NCBI RefSeq assembly: GCF_006345805.1
Contig: NC_043002.1
Coordinates: 106,082,001 to 106,146,000, forward strand
Length of the DNA stretch: 64,000 nt
DNA from: Octopus sinensis
Lineage: Eukaryota
Reading direction: 5' to 3'
Below the pieces are notes generated by a model. It was not told the DNA's origin. It saw only the letters and a program-made list of their open reading frames with translations, and ran no database searches. Shown in pieces: positions 25,581-37,900 of this stretch (positions are counted from its first letter, which is position 1; each line of letters opens with the position of its first letter). Made by a program: the position numbers and the translations under genes.

Positions 25581-26379
25581 AATCATGGTGCAGCAGTAGT
25601 AGTAATAATAATAGTAATAACAATAAAACTCATTTACTCAAGAAGACCTGTACCCTGCAGCAGAAGTGAGGAGGACGTTACCACTGGTGAAGACAATTAC
25701 CTGCAAGAATTTTGTGTCAGTGCCACATAAAAAACACTCATGCCGGTGCCATATAAAAGTGCACGTGCAGTGCCATGTAAAAGCACTCAGCAGCCTCTGT
25801 AAAGTAGTTGGTGTTAGGAAAGGCATCCGGCCTTAGAAACCATGTCAAATCAGACTAGGACCTTGTGGAGCTTGCCAAACCTGATCAAACCATCCAACCT
25901 ATTCCAGCATGGACAATGGACTTTAAATGACCATAATGATAATGATGATTACTATAGAACTACCAAAGTGTCTTGTGAGTAAAAGATAGAAAAGTTTTAC
26001 AAATAGACAAAATATGAACAAGACTAAACGCTATCTTCAAAGGAAGACCCCCAAATACAAAACAGACTGAAAAGATAACTGTGTGAAGGAAAAAGAAAAA
26101 AAAAAAGAAATTCTGAGTAACTAAAACATGAGCAAAAATAGGCCTACAAAATGCCATGCTAAAGTGATGGTTCCTATATGTTAACCAATGCTGCAGAAAA
26201 AATGAATTAAATAGAAATAGGAAAATTGTAACATTGGCTGAGGAGCTTCTATAGCTGGGAGTTGTGACTGCAGCACAGAACCAAAAATTTCACACCCGGG
26301 GCAACCAAAATTATATAATGAAGCAGAATATATTAAATAACTGAAGATTATGTGGAGGTTGACTTAGCCAAGAAAGAAT

Positions 26380-26790
26380 AATCTACAGCATGTCAGAGTT
26401 GTGGCTTAGACGAGTTACACCAGCATTATGAAATACAAAAAGAAAAAAGATTATATAGGTATTTACCAGAAAAGATCTCTGAGAATGACAAAGTAGTCAT
26501 ATTTTGAACTATACCAATACACACACATGGAATTATTACTCTCAGGGATTGCAAGATAAAGTTATACTTCCCAATCAAGATAGTTGTCCCAACCTATGAT
26601 TATCTATCAAAGAAATGGAGAAAATTTCCAGACATAAAAATCTGGAAATAGTTTTTTTTAAAAACTGACTAAAAACAAATGCTTTTTTATATTAAGTACC
26701 TTGGGGATGGTTAACAAAGGCACAACCAAAATCACAGGTTTTACAAACATGCACAATATAGAAAAGGTAGCACTACACATTACACAAAAG
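26380..26790 (+). mobile_element. Older, more decayed R4-clade endonuclease fragment
   Basis: Remnants ENDKVVI..TIPIHT, KEMEKISRHKNLEI, LGMVNKG and NIEKVAL are colinear with the adjacent copy. Confidence 0.55.
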
Positions 26791-26872
26791 AAAGTATGAC
26801 AAAACACTGCATATACTCTAGGGTCAGTGATCTGCATGCATTAGTGCTTGTAAACGCCATAAATATAAGGTT

Positions 26873-27360
26873 AATGATAATGTCTCCAAGTGCAGTCTTC
26901 TTGCGCCTACAGAGTATCCCAAAAGGCATGATAGAGTAGCACAATATATTCACTGGGTAATTTGCAAAAACCTGGACCTACCCCATAATAAAAACTGGTG
27001 GAACACAAACCACCTCCAGTGCTTGAAAATGATCACATCTCACTCCTCTGGAACTTCACCATTCAAACTGACAGAAAGATAGATGCAAATAGGCCAGGCA
27101 TTTTATTGAAAGACTTCAGATAAAAATCATGCCTCCTCATTGATATGACTGTCCCAATCGATATAAACGTATCTGTCAAGACCTACCAAAAGCTGAGCAA
27201 ATATAAAGATCTTGAAATAGAAATCAGCAAAATGTGGAACCTCAAGACTAAAACAGCCCTGGGAATGATAGCAAAAGGGGCTGATTGCTACCTATCTCAG
27301 ATACCAGGAAACCCCAAAATAGCAGAAATTCCAAAAGATAGTGCTCATGGGAACTGCCCA
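26873..27360 (+). mobile_element. R4/Dong-clade non-LTR retrotransposon fragment (restriction-like endonuclease region)
   Basis: RHDRVAQYIHWVICK, LWNFTIQTDRKIDANRPGI and LIDMTVP...KLSKYKDLEIEISKMW match the RHD / RPD / D-x-K-x-x-x-Y pattern of RLE elements. Frameshifted. Confidence 0.85.
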
Positions 27361-28086
27361 TTTCTCTCTCTGACACCCAGTGTCTGTAGGGGATGACCAA
27401 GACTCCTGACGATTTGCTGTGCTTGGAAAGACACATCAAGCTAAGCAAAAGCTAGGTGGTCCTTGCATACAGGCTTGTCCCCTGCAACCCTTTCCAGCTG
27501 AGCATTCCTAATGTTGTGGATGCATAGGTGCTGGTGTCACATAAGAGCACACGTGCCAGTGCTGTGTAAGAAACACCCATTACACTCTGTAAAGTGGTTG
27601 GCATTAGGAAGGGCAGACAGCTGTAGAAACCATGCCAGTAAGGACGTGAAGCCTGAGCAGCTCTTCAGCTGGTCAGCTCCTGTCAAACAGTCCAACTCAT
27701 GCCAGCATAGAAAACAGATGGAGGGGCAATCATTAGTGAACTTGGTCACCTTACATACAACTGTTTGACATAATCCACAAGCCAGCCTTGCTCAGACACT
27801 GCATGAATGCATGCAGTACAATTTCAATGTTCTGCAAACATCTTGGAAAAGTTGACCAAAAATATCTTTTAGTATAATGTCTTATTTCCGTCTCTGAACA
27901 CGTCTGCTGCTTTTAATATTAATAGTTCTCTTGAAAAAAATTGAACAAATATTTTCTTTGTAATTACCTTTTTCCTAAGTTATCTCCCTTATATATATCT
28001 ACAAAGTCGTCTCCCTTACAATACATTCATTCATAACATATAAAATTAGTTTCTTCGTACTGCCATTGTTCGGCTTTTTAAAGAAA

Positions 28087-28479
28087 CTAGCAGTATCGCC
28101 CGGCGTTGCTCGGGTTTGTTTCGACCCTTTAGAATTCGAATTTTTGAAAAGTAAAAATTTTGCATTATGTAGCTTGTTATTCTCTTTAAGTGAGCATTTT
28201 TCTGGTTGAAATACACCGAAAAATGGCGGCACAGCAGTCAAAAAATCGTAAAAAAATAGGGATTTTCATAGAAAAAAAGCACCTTATTGATGTAAATAAT
28301 TTTTGGTGTTAACATGGTCCGATTTGAATTTTTTCTTCTACGGAAGGAAGAGCAAGCCTTTTTCTATCATACTCTCAATTTTGGTCAACTTGTGCCTCAG
28401 GGTCTCGAAGGAGATAGTGTTAGTTGAAGGCTACCAAACCTGCCATACACAGACAACTTCAGCTTTATATAGAGAGAGA
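28087..28479 (-). mobile_element. Non-autonomous Helitron
   Basis: On the minus strand it begins A|TC and ends CTAG|T, with a GC-rich subterminal hairpin (cccggcgttgctcggg, 28099-28114 on +) about 12 nt from the 3' end. No TSD. Confidence 0.85.
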
Positions 28480-28769
28480 TATGTTGTGTGTCTGTGTGTT
28501 TGACGTTCGTTGACGAAAAGTCGCAAGACGTTAAACCGTAATCTTTTGGGTGTATGTTTTTAACAGAAAATACATAAATCCTGTTTCGTGGTATTTGACC
28601 TGGTTCATTACATTACGTGTTCAAATCCCACTGAAGTCAACTTTTTGTTGTCATCTCTGTAATGTGAATAACTAGTGCCAGTCAAACACTCGGCTCAATT
28701 TAATCGACTAAATGCCCATATATTAGACAGTATTTATTATTATTATTATTATCATCATTATTATTATTA

Positions 28770-28985
28770 AGATGGTGAGCGGACAGTATCGTTAGCATGC
28801 TGGACGAAATGCTTAGCAGTATTTTGCACGTCGCTACGTTCTGAGTTCAAATCCCGTCTAGATTGACTTAGCCTTTCATCCTTTTGGGGGTCAATAAATT
28901 ACATACCAGTTGAGTACTGGGGGTCAATGTATTCGACTATACTGCTCCCCTAAATTTCAGACTTTGTGCCTGTAGTAGAAAGAAT
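28770..28985 (+). mobile_element. tRNA-derived SINE family A
   Basis: Same head, body and tail as the 15773 copy; flanked by (ATT)n and (TAG)n runs. Confidence 0.85.
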
Positions 28986-29329
28986 TATTATTATTATTAT
29001 TATTAGTAGTAGTAGTAGTAGTAGTAGTAGGGGATTGGCAAAATTGTTAGAACATCAATGTGCTTTACATTTTATGTTCTGGGTCTTTATGCATTGAGTT
29101 GAAATCCAAACATCGTCATCTGTGTCCCTTCATCCACCTGAGGTTTATAACATTAAAATACTGCTACATATTGCCATTTCTGTGTGTAACAATATTGTTA
29201 TCCATCTATACTGAATTCTAGTGAATAATAAATAGATTTATTAATCCAATTTACATTGAAAATTTTTTTTATCGATTACTATAAGTAAAGATTACAAAAA
29301 AAAATTCTTTTTTCAGGAATTGTATAAAA

Positions 29330-29700
29330 AAATCGGATTAAGCCCTTTGGCAGCTTTGCTGGTTCGGGCAAGTTGGTAAGAGATCAAAAGATAAAAAATA
29401 AATAGCACCATCCGTTTGTGGCCGTTTGCCAGCTCTGTCTGGCCCCGTGTCGGTGGCACGTAAAAGCACCATCCGTTCGTGTCCGTTGCCAGCATCGCCT
29501 GGCCCCGTGCCAGTGACACGTAAAAAGCACCCACTACACTCACGGAGTGATTGGCATTAGGAAGGGCATCCAGCCGTACAAACACTGCCAGATCTGACTG
29601 GGCCTGATGAAGCCTTCCAGCTTCACAGACCCCAGTTGAACCGTCCAACCCATGCTAGCATGGAAAGCGGACACTAAATGATGATGATGATGATGATGAT
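29330..29700 (+). mobile_element. SINE-like family C, young copy
   Basis: CpG-retaining repeated ggcacgtaaaagcacc modules, the conserved core and a (GAT)n tail. Confidence 0.85.
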
Positions 29701-30108
29701 CAGTAATTATAAAAAAAAAATCGTTTGCGTGCAAAGAAGGTGGTCAAAAACGGATATTAAAAGCAAATCTCTTTAAATCAGGAAATATAAAATATTACAA
29801 ATGTTATAAATACTGTAGTTTATAAATGGGTTTGGTTCCAAGAATCAAATCTCAGTTACCATTCTTCCCTAAATGTTAGAAATTCCCATCATTACCATTA
29901 TTATAATCACAAGTGAGGTGGCCGCACATCAGCCAAAATGCTAGCTGGTACTTTTATCATTTTCTGCCAAGGTTGACTTTGCCATTCATCCTTTCTGGGA
30001 TTGATAAAATAAATACTAGTCAAGTGCTGGGGGCAATGCATTCAACTACCCACTTCCCTAAAATTTGATACCATTATTATAATTATGGATGTATTTGTTT
30101 CTTTGCAG

Positions 30109-30189
30109 GTTTTTTCCCAACTGGATTCCCCAGCTACGCATATGGTCGCGGCTTCCCAGCGATAACCCCAGCTGGGTATTACTATCCAG
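30109..30189 (+). CDS. msi: Musashi exon, G/Y/P-rich post-RRM segment (GFFPTGFPSYAYGRGFPAITPAGYYYP)
   Basis: tttgtttctttgcAG acceptor, CAG|GTATGG donor, 81 nt, phase 1-1. GC/CpG-rich island; the peptide resembles the GYPGF...Y.R.Y.G.APGY.Y segment of Musashi proteins. Confidence 0.9.
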
Positions 30190-30453
30190 GTATGGAGCAA
30201 TTACAATTAGCCTGTTGGTATCCAGAGGCACCACTAGGATTTTAAAATATTTAACTCATAGAAAAATAATTACACACACACACACACATGCACACACATG
30301 TATATCTATACATAGACACACATATGTGTATATACATGCATTATGTGTGTGTCTATATATGTTCGTGTGTGTGCGTAAAGAATAAGAATAATTAACAAAG
30401 AACCAAAAAAACATTTAAAAAAGTGTGCATGTGTGTGTCTATATATATGTGTA

Positions 30454-30507
<54 letters not shown>

Positions 30508-33500
30508 TACACAGTCATATACACACGCACACACAGAAAAAATAGGAAAAGTTTTAAAAACATTGTGTTTGCATGTGAATGTTTGTGTGTTTTTTGAGGG
30601 AGTGTTGTTTGTATGTTGCCGCAGTGAGATCAGGCTGGTGTCTTTCTTTCCGTATATACGTGCATGCATACATAACCACAATCCATAAACACACACACAC
30701 ACACGTATATGTTGTGTGTGTATGTATATATATATATATATATATATATAAACACATAACATATCCAAATAAGTATGCATTTTTGTATGCATATGAATAT
30801 ATATATACACACACACACACACATACATGATTGCTCACTTAAGTTTCATGTTTAATGTCAATGTCCAGTGTCTGAAATGACAATCTAAAGTGGTCTCACA
30901 CAGATAAAAGACCCCCTCCCCCACCGATAAACTGGTCTGTCGTGAGATACCTGTTACCTTGCAATTTGCTTTTGCTTCAACAAAGTCTTTTGGTCCCCAC
31001 CACTTTTTTTTTTTTTTCACCCTTTTTAAATGGCAAGAAGCAAATGATAGACACTTTGCTGTAATAAATTATGACAATGTGGCTTTTATCCAGTTCAATT
31101 TCATCATCTCAGTCATATCTGGTTGTAAATATAAAATGGACATTGGTGATTTTTATCTTTTTTTTTTTTTTTAATTTTTTTTTTTTCAATATATACATAT
31201 ATCATACTTTTGGCATTAAATCATTCCTGATTGGAAATTGGGCAAATTATGCAAGAGCATTTATATATATAATACACACACACACACACACACACATTCA
31301 AATGTGTATGTATACACACACCCAGTTACACATGTACATGCACACATTTGTTTAGGTGGGAAGTTGTCTGTTAACTCATTACAATGTTGTTTGTTACATT
31401 ATAAATATTTTATACCTTTTTTTTAAAACTTCCTTTCACTCATACTGTCAAATAGTAGTGTGTGTGTGTGTGGGTCTTCACACATGCACGAACACACATG
31501 AACACACAATACCCCACCTCCCTCTTTTCCAATTTGATTTTACTCTCTGAATGACTGCATGAATGTAATCAGTTATATTCTGGTGTCTCTCTCTCTAGCC
31601 ACAGTCCATTGACAGAAGCCAATGAAAGCTTCTATATTTGTGAACAGGCACACTTTGATTGTTAAGAAGATGAGAACCTTGAGGTCCTGGGCTTGATCTC
31701 TCTCCTCGGCATTTTGTGAAATGGAGTTTTTGCATTGTCTCAGACTGATCTGTATTTTGTGAGGGAAATTAGGGAGAGAGAAACCATATCAAAAGTAGAA
31801 AAAAATTGTAATTCAAAGGTTTAACCTTGCCACAAACTGTATTATGCTGTTACTGCTCAAGGCTTACATTAAGGGTGCACATGTCTCTGAAGTACTCAGC
31901 CTCTTGAATTTATGAGTCACTGAAGAGGATATTCAGTGCAATTGGAAGATACATTGTTGAAATCAATGCAGTGTGCATGCTGATTTGCATTATATATAAA
32001 ACCAAAGCTATCATAGAAAACTGTATATTACCAAATCAAAACAAATTTAAATTGTGTAACTTTCTCTGAAAGCACTATTACATCTACAACCACCATTTCC
32101 ACCTATCATTAAGTAAAATGTGACCACATCTTCAACATGTAATATGTGTATATAGGAGGCAGACTTTTCCTTTGCTGAGTTTAACATCAACACCCAGCAG
32201 TTGGGTCTCTTTAAAAGAGTGTAAGATACTGGAAGCAATCACATGAGGTTTCTTGTATGAGAACATTTAAGATATTCCTCCCATTCTCTCATCAGTCTTT
32301 GAGGTCCTGTGTAATGGTCACTGGTGCTCCCCTTCATTCTGACTAAGCTAGTGAAAGAACTAAAGTGCACATATATACATGCAGGTGTGTGTGTGCGTAT
32401 ATATATATTAATGTATATAATATGTATACATACACACACACATGATATTGACCAGATTCAAATACGCCTTCATTTATTCATTTTTTGAAAAACAGAAACC
32501 TCACTCTAGCATTACTGGGTTTTTTCACAAGACATTCATTCAAGATGCCTTGTGCAAAACAATGTGATTTTTTATGGAGTTAAAGTTTATTCAGCTTTCA
32601 ACAGATCTATGTACATATCTCTGTATGTATGTGCGTGTGTGTGATACCGTGGTGAGCTTCCAAAATTTTAACCAGTTTGCTGAGCTCTAATTTTCTTAAC
32701 TGTGAGTTCTGTCTGAAAAAAATTATGGATTTCACATTAAAATAATGCTGCAGTAAAATATATCTTTATTAATAAAATATTGGAATTGTGTAAAATTATG
32801 GCTTGAAGGAAGCTAGGGACATTGTTCTATGTCAATCAATCAAAATATGAGGTGTTTGATAAATTTATTTGTCATTAGGATTGTAGAATGTCATGCTTTA
32901 TTGCTTTGGGCCTTCATCTGATTGGGAAGAGTTTTCAAATGAAGTTAGGAGATGCAATTTGTTGCAAGATGATGAGATGCCAATAAAGGAGAAGCGTGAC
33001 TAAAACTACTGGAAAAATGTAGATAGACTCTCCCTTTATAGAAACACAAAAACACATAGTTACGGTAATAGGGGCTAAAGTATTGTGTAATGGTAAAAAG
33101 GACAATACTTAAAATAACCCGATGTGGTTATATTTTTGATGACAAGTTTTATGGGAAGTGACAGTTTAAGGACTGGAGCAAAGTGATACAAACTGGGAAG
33201 ACGGGCCCATAACAATGCAAATACACAATTCCTCTGATCTACAGTGCCTCTGCTGGTCAGAGTTGACCATTTGTCTGCAAATGTACTTGCACTCCTGAAC
33301 AAGAATATCTGAGGAAGACTAGCAGTTGACCATGCATGGGTCTCTCTTCTCTAAGGCATCAATAATATTGCAGCCATTACTGTCAGAACACAGAGATATA
33401 CTGTAAGATATTTTGTCCAACCCCCTAACAGATTTGCTAATCTGCTTGAGACATTTATTCTGACTCTGTGTACTCGGAGTTCAAATCCTGCCATGTTTAA

Positions 33501-34812
33501 CATTCACACCTTTTTTTTTTTTTACAATCACCATAGCAAATATATATTACCAGTCTTTTAAACTTAATATGAAAATAGAAATTTTTATGACAGCAAATGC
33601 AAGGTTTAATTTTTATTCAAGACATTAAAGAACCAACTGCATCACTTTCTTGTTATAATGATCCTTATAGCTTTTTCATCTCAGTCTCTCTTCAACAACC
33701 AGCTATGAACCAATTTGTGCAAAACTGGTATGAACCAGGTCCATCTCACTACACGTTGAATACACATTCACACATACATTGCTGTGCTGCAATGGTAATA
33801 CCCCACTACTATATTAAATCTATAGGGCAAGTGAGGTACATCATATTAATCAAAAAATAATTTCTAAATTAACACATGGAAGGAGAATCACTGCATATAT
33901 TCAAACCTAAGACTATTCACTGAGAAATACTCCAAAATTTACACATACGGGGAAGAACAACAAAGCAAATAACACCTACTCGCATATGAAATTACTTGGC
34001 AGAAGTGTGCCTCCACATATTGCCATGCTCTTGCAATTCGACCCAAAATCCTCATCTCTGCAATGAAAGGAAATAATCAATTCAGACATTAAACCTTTCT
34101 TTTCAATTTCTTTTCTTTTTTTTTTCCATTTTTCATGGCTCCTCATTTTCTCTTTGATTCCCAAACCAAATTCCTTTCTACAAACACAAGTTAGCTTTTT
34201 TTTTTTTTAAAATTGTTATATACACATGCATTCACATGTGTGGGTATATGTATCTGTGTGTGTGTGAGTGTGTGTATTTGTGTGTATGTGTGTGTGCATG
34301 TGTGTTTATGTATGTATTGTGTAATGAATCTGTAAGATCTACAGATATAAAATGAAAAAGTTAGTGACAAAGAGTCAGGCAGGAATCAAACCCATGTCTC
34401 TTTGGGCAACATGTTCATGTGTTTTGTTTGTTTTTGTTTGTGTTATATAAATGTTATTTTACTCATCATATATTTGAACCCTGGCTACCTTCCCTCCCAC
34501 TGTGGCCAACAACCATTTCAGATTCCTTTAATAATAATAATAAATATCAGCATTACATATTTCATTTTGAAAGTATTATCCTCAGTCCAAGGAGGATCAT
34601 AGATGGGTGAAGTTGGTAGAACACTAGACACAATGCCTTGAAGTATTTTCATACTGAGTTCAAATCCCACTGAGATTAACTTAGTCTTTCATCCTTCAGG
34701 GGTTGGTAAAATAAAGTACCAGTTATGTAATGAGACTGATATAATTGTTTGTTCTTTCTTCCATTATTTCTGGCCTTGTGCCAATGTTGGAACTTATTGT
34801 TGTTACATATTA

Positions 34813-34990
34813 TTGTTTGGCCCAGGTCAGCCCTGATTGAACAGACCTATGTTCAAAGACATCTTGGCCATGACCCCCCCCCCCATCCAAAATTACATTA
34901 TCCAACTTGTCCTACCTTGATGATGATAGGCTGGGATTTGAAGTAGATTTGGCTACTATTTCTGACACATTGAAAGGCCATGTAGAGGCC
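34813..34990 (+). repeat. Interspersed repeat family D (unclassified)
   Basis: ttgtttagccccaggtcagccctgat..agcagacctatgatcaaag...atttggct.ctatttct motif recurs at ~7885, 19520, 22205 and 39070 (+) and ~9800-9965, 17490-17630 and 48300-48390 (-). Confidence 0.65.
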
Positions 34991-37900
34991 TGTTGTAGCA
35001 GAACTGATAGAACACCAGACAGAATCTAGTGTGATATTTGGTGAGATCCTTTTATGTTTCTGGTGCCACCAAGGTCAACTTTGCACTTCTTGAGTTTTTT
35101 GATAAAGTTAGCACTAGTGATGGATTGGGGAACATAGAATCAACAGTATTTATCTAACAAACTCCACCAGTTTGTGTCTGTATTAGGAATCATTATTATT
35201 ATGGAAATTTTCCTGAAATTGACAAATATTTTTGAAGCGAAATCTCACTGGTTGACTTCAAATGAGCGCCAGACATTTCTTGAATATAATCCACACCCAT
35301 TGCCCTTGCCAAGAACCACCACTATTATCATCATCATTTTTATTATTATCGAATGGTAGAATTAGTAGAGTGCTTACAGATTTGTGATCTTGTGCCAAAA
35401 ATAAGCATTATCATCATTTAGATGGCAGTAGATTGCCAGGTCAAAATAAAAAAAAAATATTTAAAAAAACTTGTATTTTGTTACATAAATTCATGTTCTG
35501 AGTTCAAAACTTGGCACAGTGTAACATTACAGTTCATCCTTTTGAGGGTTGCTAAAAGAACATATGTCATGTAATGGGTTTGTTTATTTCATTATACTTT
35601 TTCTCAAATATATGGCCATGGCCTTGTGCAAAATTTAGTTATTTATGAGATGGTAACACTCTCTGACTAAGGTACAGTATAAGGAATTCGTGAAAAGAGA
35701 AAAAAAACTGTTTAAAAATATCATACAAGTAACACAATATGGGAGGTAGTTTCAGCAGAAAGATTTTTGTTTTTTGTCTGATAGCCCTTACAAATAGCTG
35801 TTAGTGTTGGGGATTTGGCAAAGCTGGGCGAGATTATTGTAGTTAATGGAGTTGATAATGAGCCAAGCTGTATCACTTCATTAAATAGCTAGTTGAAGAA
35901 ATAGTGAGATGAGGTCCTGACAAAGGATTGAGATGTGATGATTTGCCATGTTGCAGACCTATCCTACCTACACTGATGTAGATAGATAATAAAAAGGGGA
36001 ATGATGATCATTATTGCTATGATTTGTATATTTATTCATATATAACTCATATGTTAACAGATTTGACTAAACACTTTGTATTAAAGGAAAGTCAGTACAT
36101 AGACTCAAGAGATATTATTTCATGGCCTGAAATTAGGGGTCCACATTATATATCAGTGTGTATTTTATACAAATGCAGTGTGTTTGTTAAGAATTCATAT
36201 CCTTCTGAGGTCAGCTTTGCCTTTCATCCTTCTTTGATTATGTGAATTAGCCGTAAAGCTCTGTCATTTGCAGAGTCTTATTGTGACCTAGGGAAACATT
36301 GTCCTGTCTGGCAGACAAATAACATGAAACCTGTTAATTTCTATCCGTTATATTAGGGCTTGCGCAATCAGGGGTCAGTTTGCTATTATCATTTCTTCTG
36401 CAACTCTTTTTACCTTTTCCGTTTACCTTCTGTAGGCATTGGCTTCTCTTTAATTTGTAGCTTCCTGCCCATTGTTCATCATGCACCCTAAACTTCTGAC
36501 CCTCTCACATCACTTCTAAAACTTTTCTCTCACACTCCTTTATTATACATTAAATTTGAAGTCTTTCCTCATTTACTTACCCTCAACAACAACAACAACA
36601 ATGCTTTCACTCTCTTCCTCATTTTCTGATGAAAGGAAATGATGCGAAGCATTGGATTCTTCACTTCTTATGTCCTTTGAGCTTATTGGACTCTTTTGTT
36701 GTCCCTGTGTTACCATCATAGGCCATCACCAGTTTACTTGCACTCCAGGTTATACCCTATTTTGTCACATTTCATTAATCGATTATTTCAGTAGCTCCGA
36801 GTGTGTGTCTGTGTGTACACGTGCTGACGTCTTTTAAAATCTATCACAGCAAGGAAGTTCTTTTATGACTATATTCTTCAGACTACCTAAGTGTTTCAAT
36901 TAATTTTCAATATAAGAATGACTTTGGAGGAGTTTAGTGGAATATCTATTATTTACTGTTGAGGATTATAATAAATAGTTAATTGTGCAGTCAGATACTG
37001 ACTAGATGTATAGACACTATAGTAAGTTGTACACAAAATAGTTAAATATTGGCCACATATGTAGATACAATAGTAGTATAAAATACATTTTATTGTTGAC
37101 TATATTATATAAAGATACAATTGTAATCTGTCGTACATATAAACACAGGCTCGCAAAAAATAGTCGAGCCCACATATGTAGACATAATAGTGACAAATAC
37201 TAGTCACAGTTGTAGTAGTAACAATTCATTCTAATATTGATCACCATGTACATAGGTGTAATAGTTGCATAGACTGACTCTCTGGTAATGAAGCTTATCT
37301 ATAAGTACTTTCTTCCATTGGTAATATCATCTTTTGTTAAAGCAGACCCTGTCAAAGGTCCCAGGATTTCACTGCTTTCAACTATGTTTACTTATATAAA
37401 CCTATACATCATTGCTATATCATGGTATTAGCATTAAACTTCCACACCATTCAGCCTTCATTTCCCCTTATCCATTCTTTTTACATCTCATTAGCAGCAT
37501 ACTCCCTCTTACATCGACTAAAAACAAACGAAATTTGATGATTCAATTGTGATCTTTCATACTTACACAAATGCACATACATACATACATACATATATGC
37601 ATATATATTTGTGTCTCAAGACAAAGTTGGCAGGGTATTTTAATCATTGAGCATATTAACCACATCATATCAAGATATTTTGATTAACTCATCAGTAATA
37701 ACGACCTGATGTGGTGTTTAAAGCTCAGTTGATACAAGAAAAAGTTCATTTTTATCATCATCATAATTTCATTATTAGGATTTGTTTCGTTATCACCAAG
37801 GGTTGTAGAGTGTCACACTTGACTTACCAGGCAAAAAGCTAAACAGTACTGAGCTTTCTGTCTGTTTGTCCTTGAATTCAAAACCTTCTAGGTTTGACTT

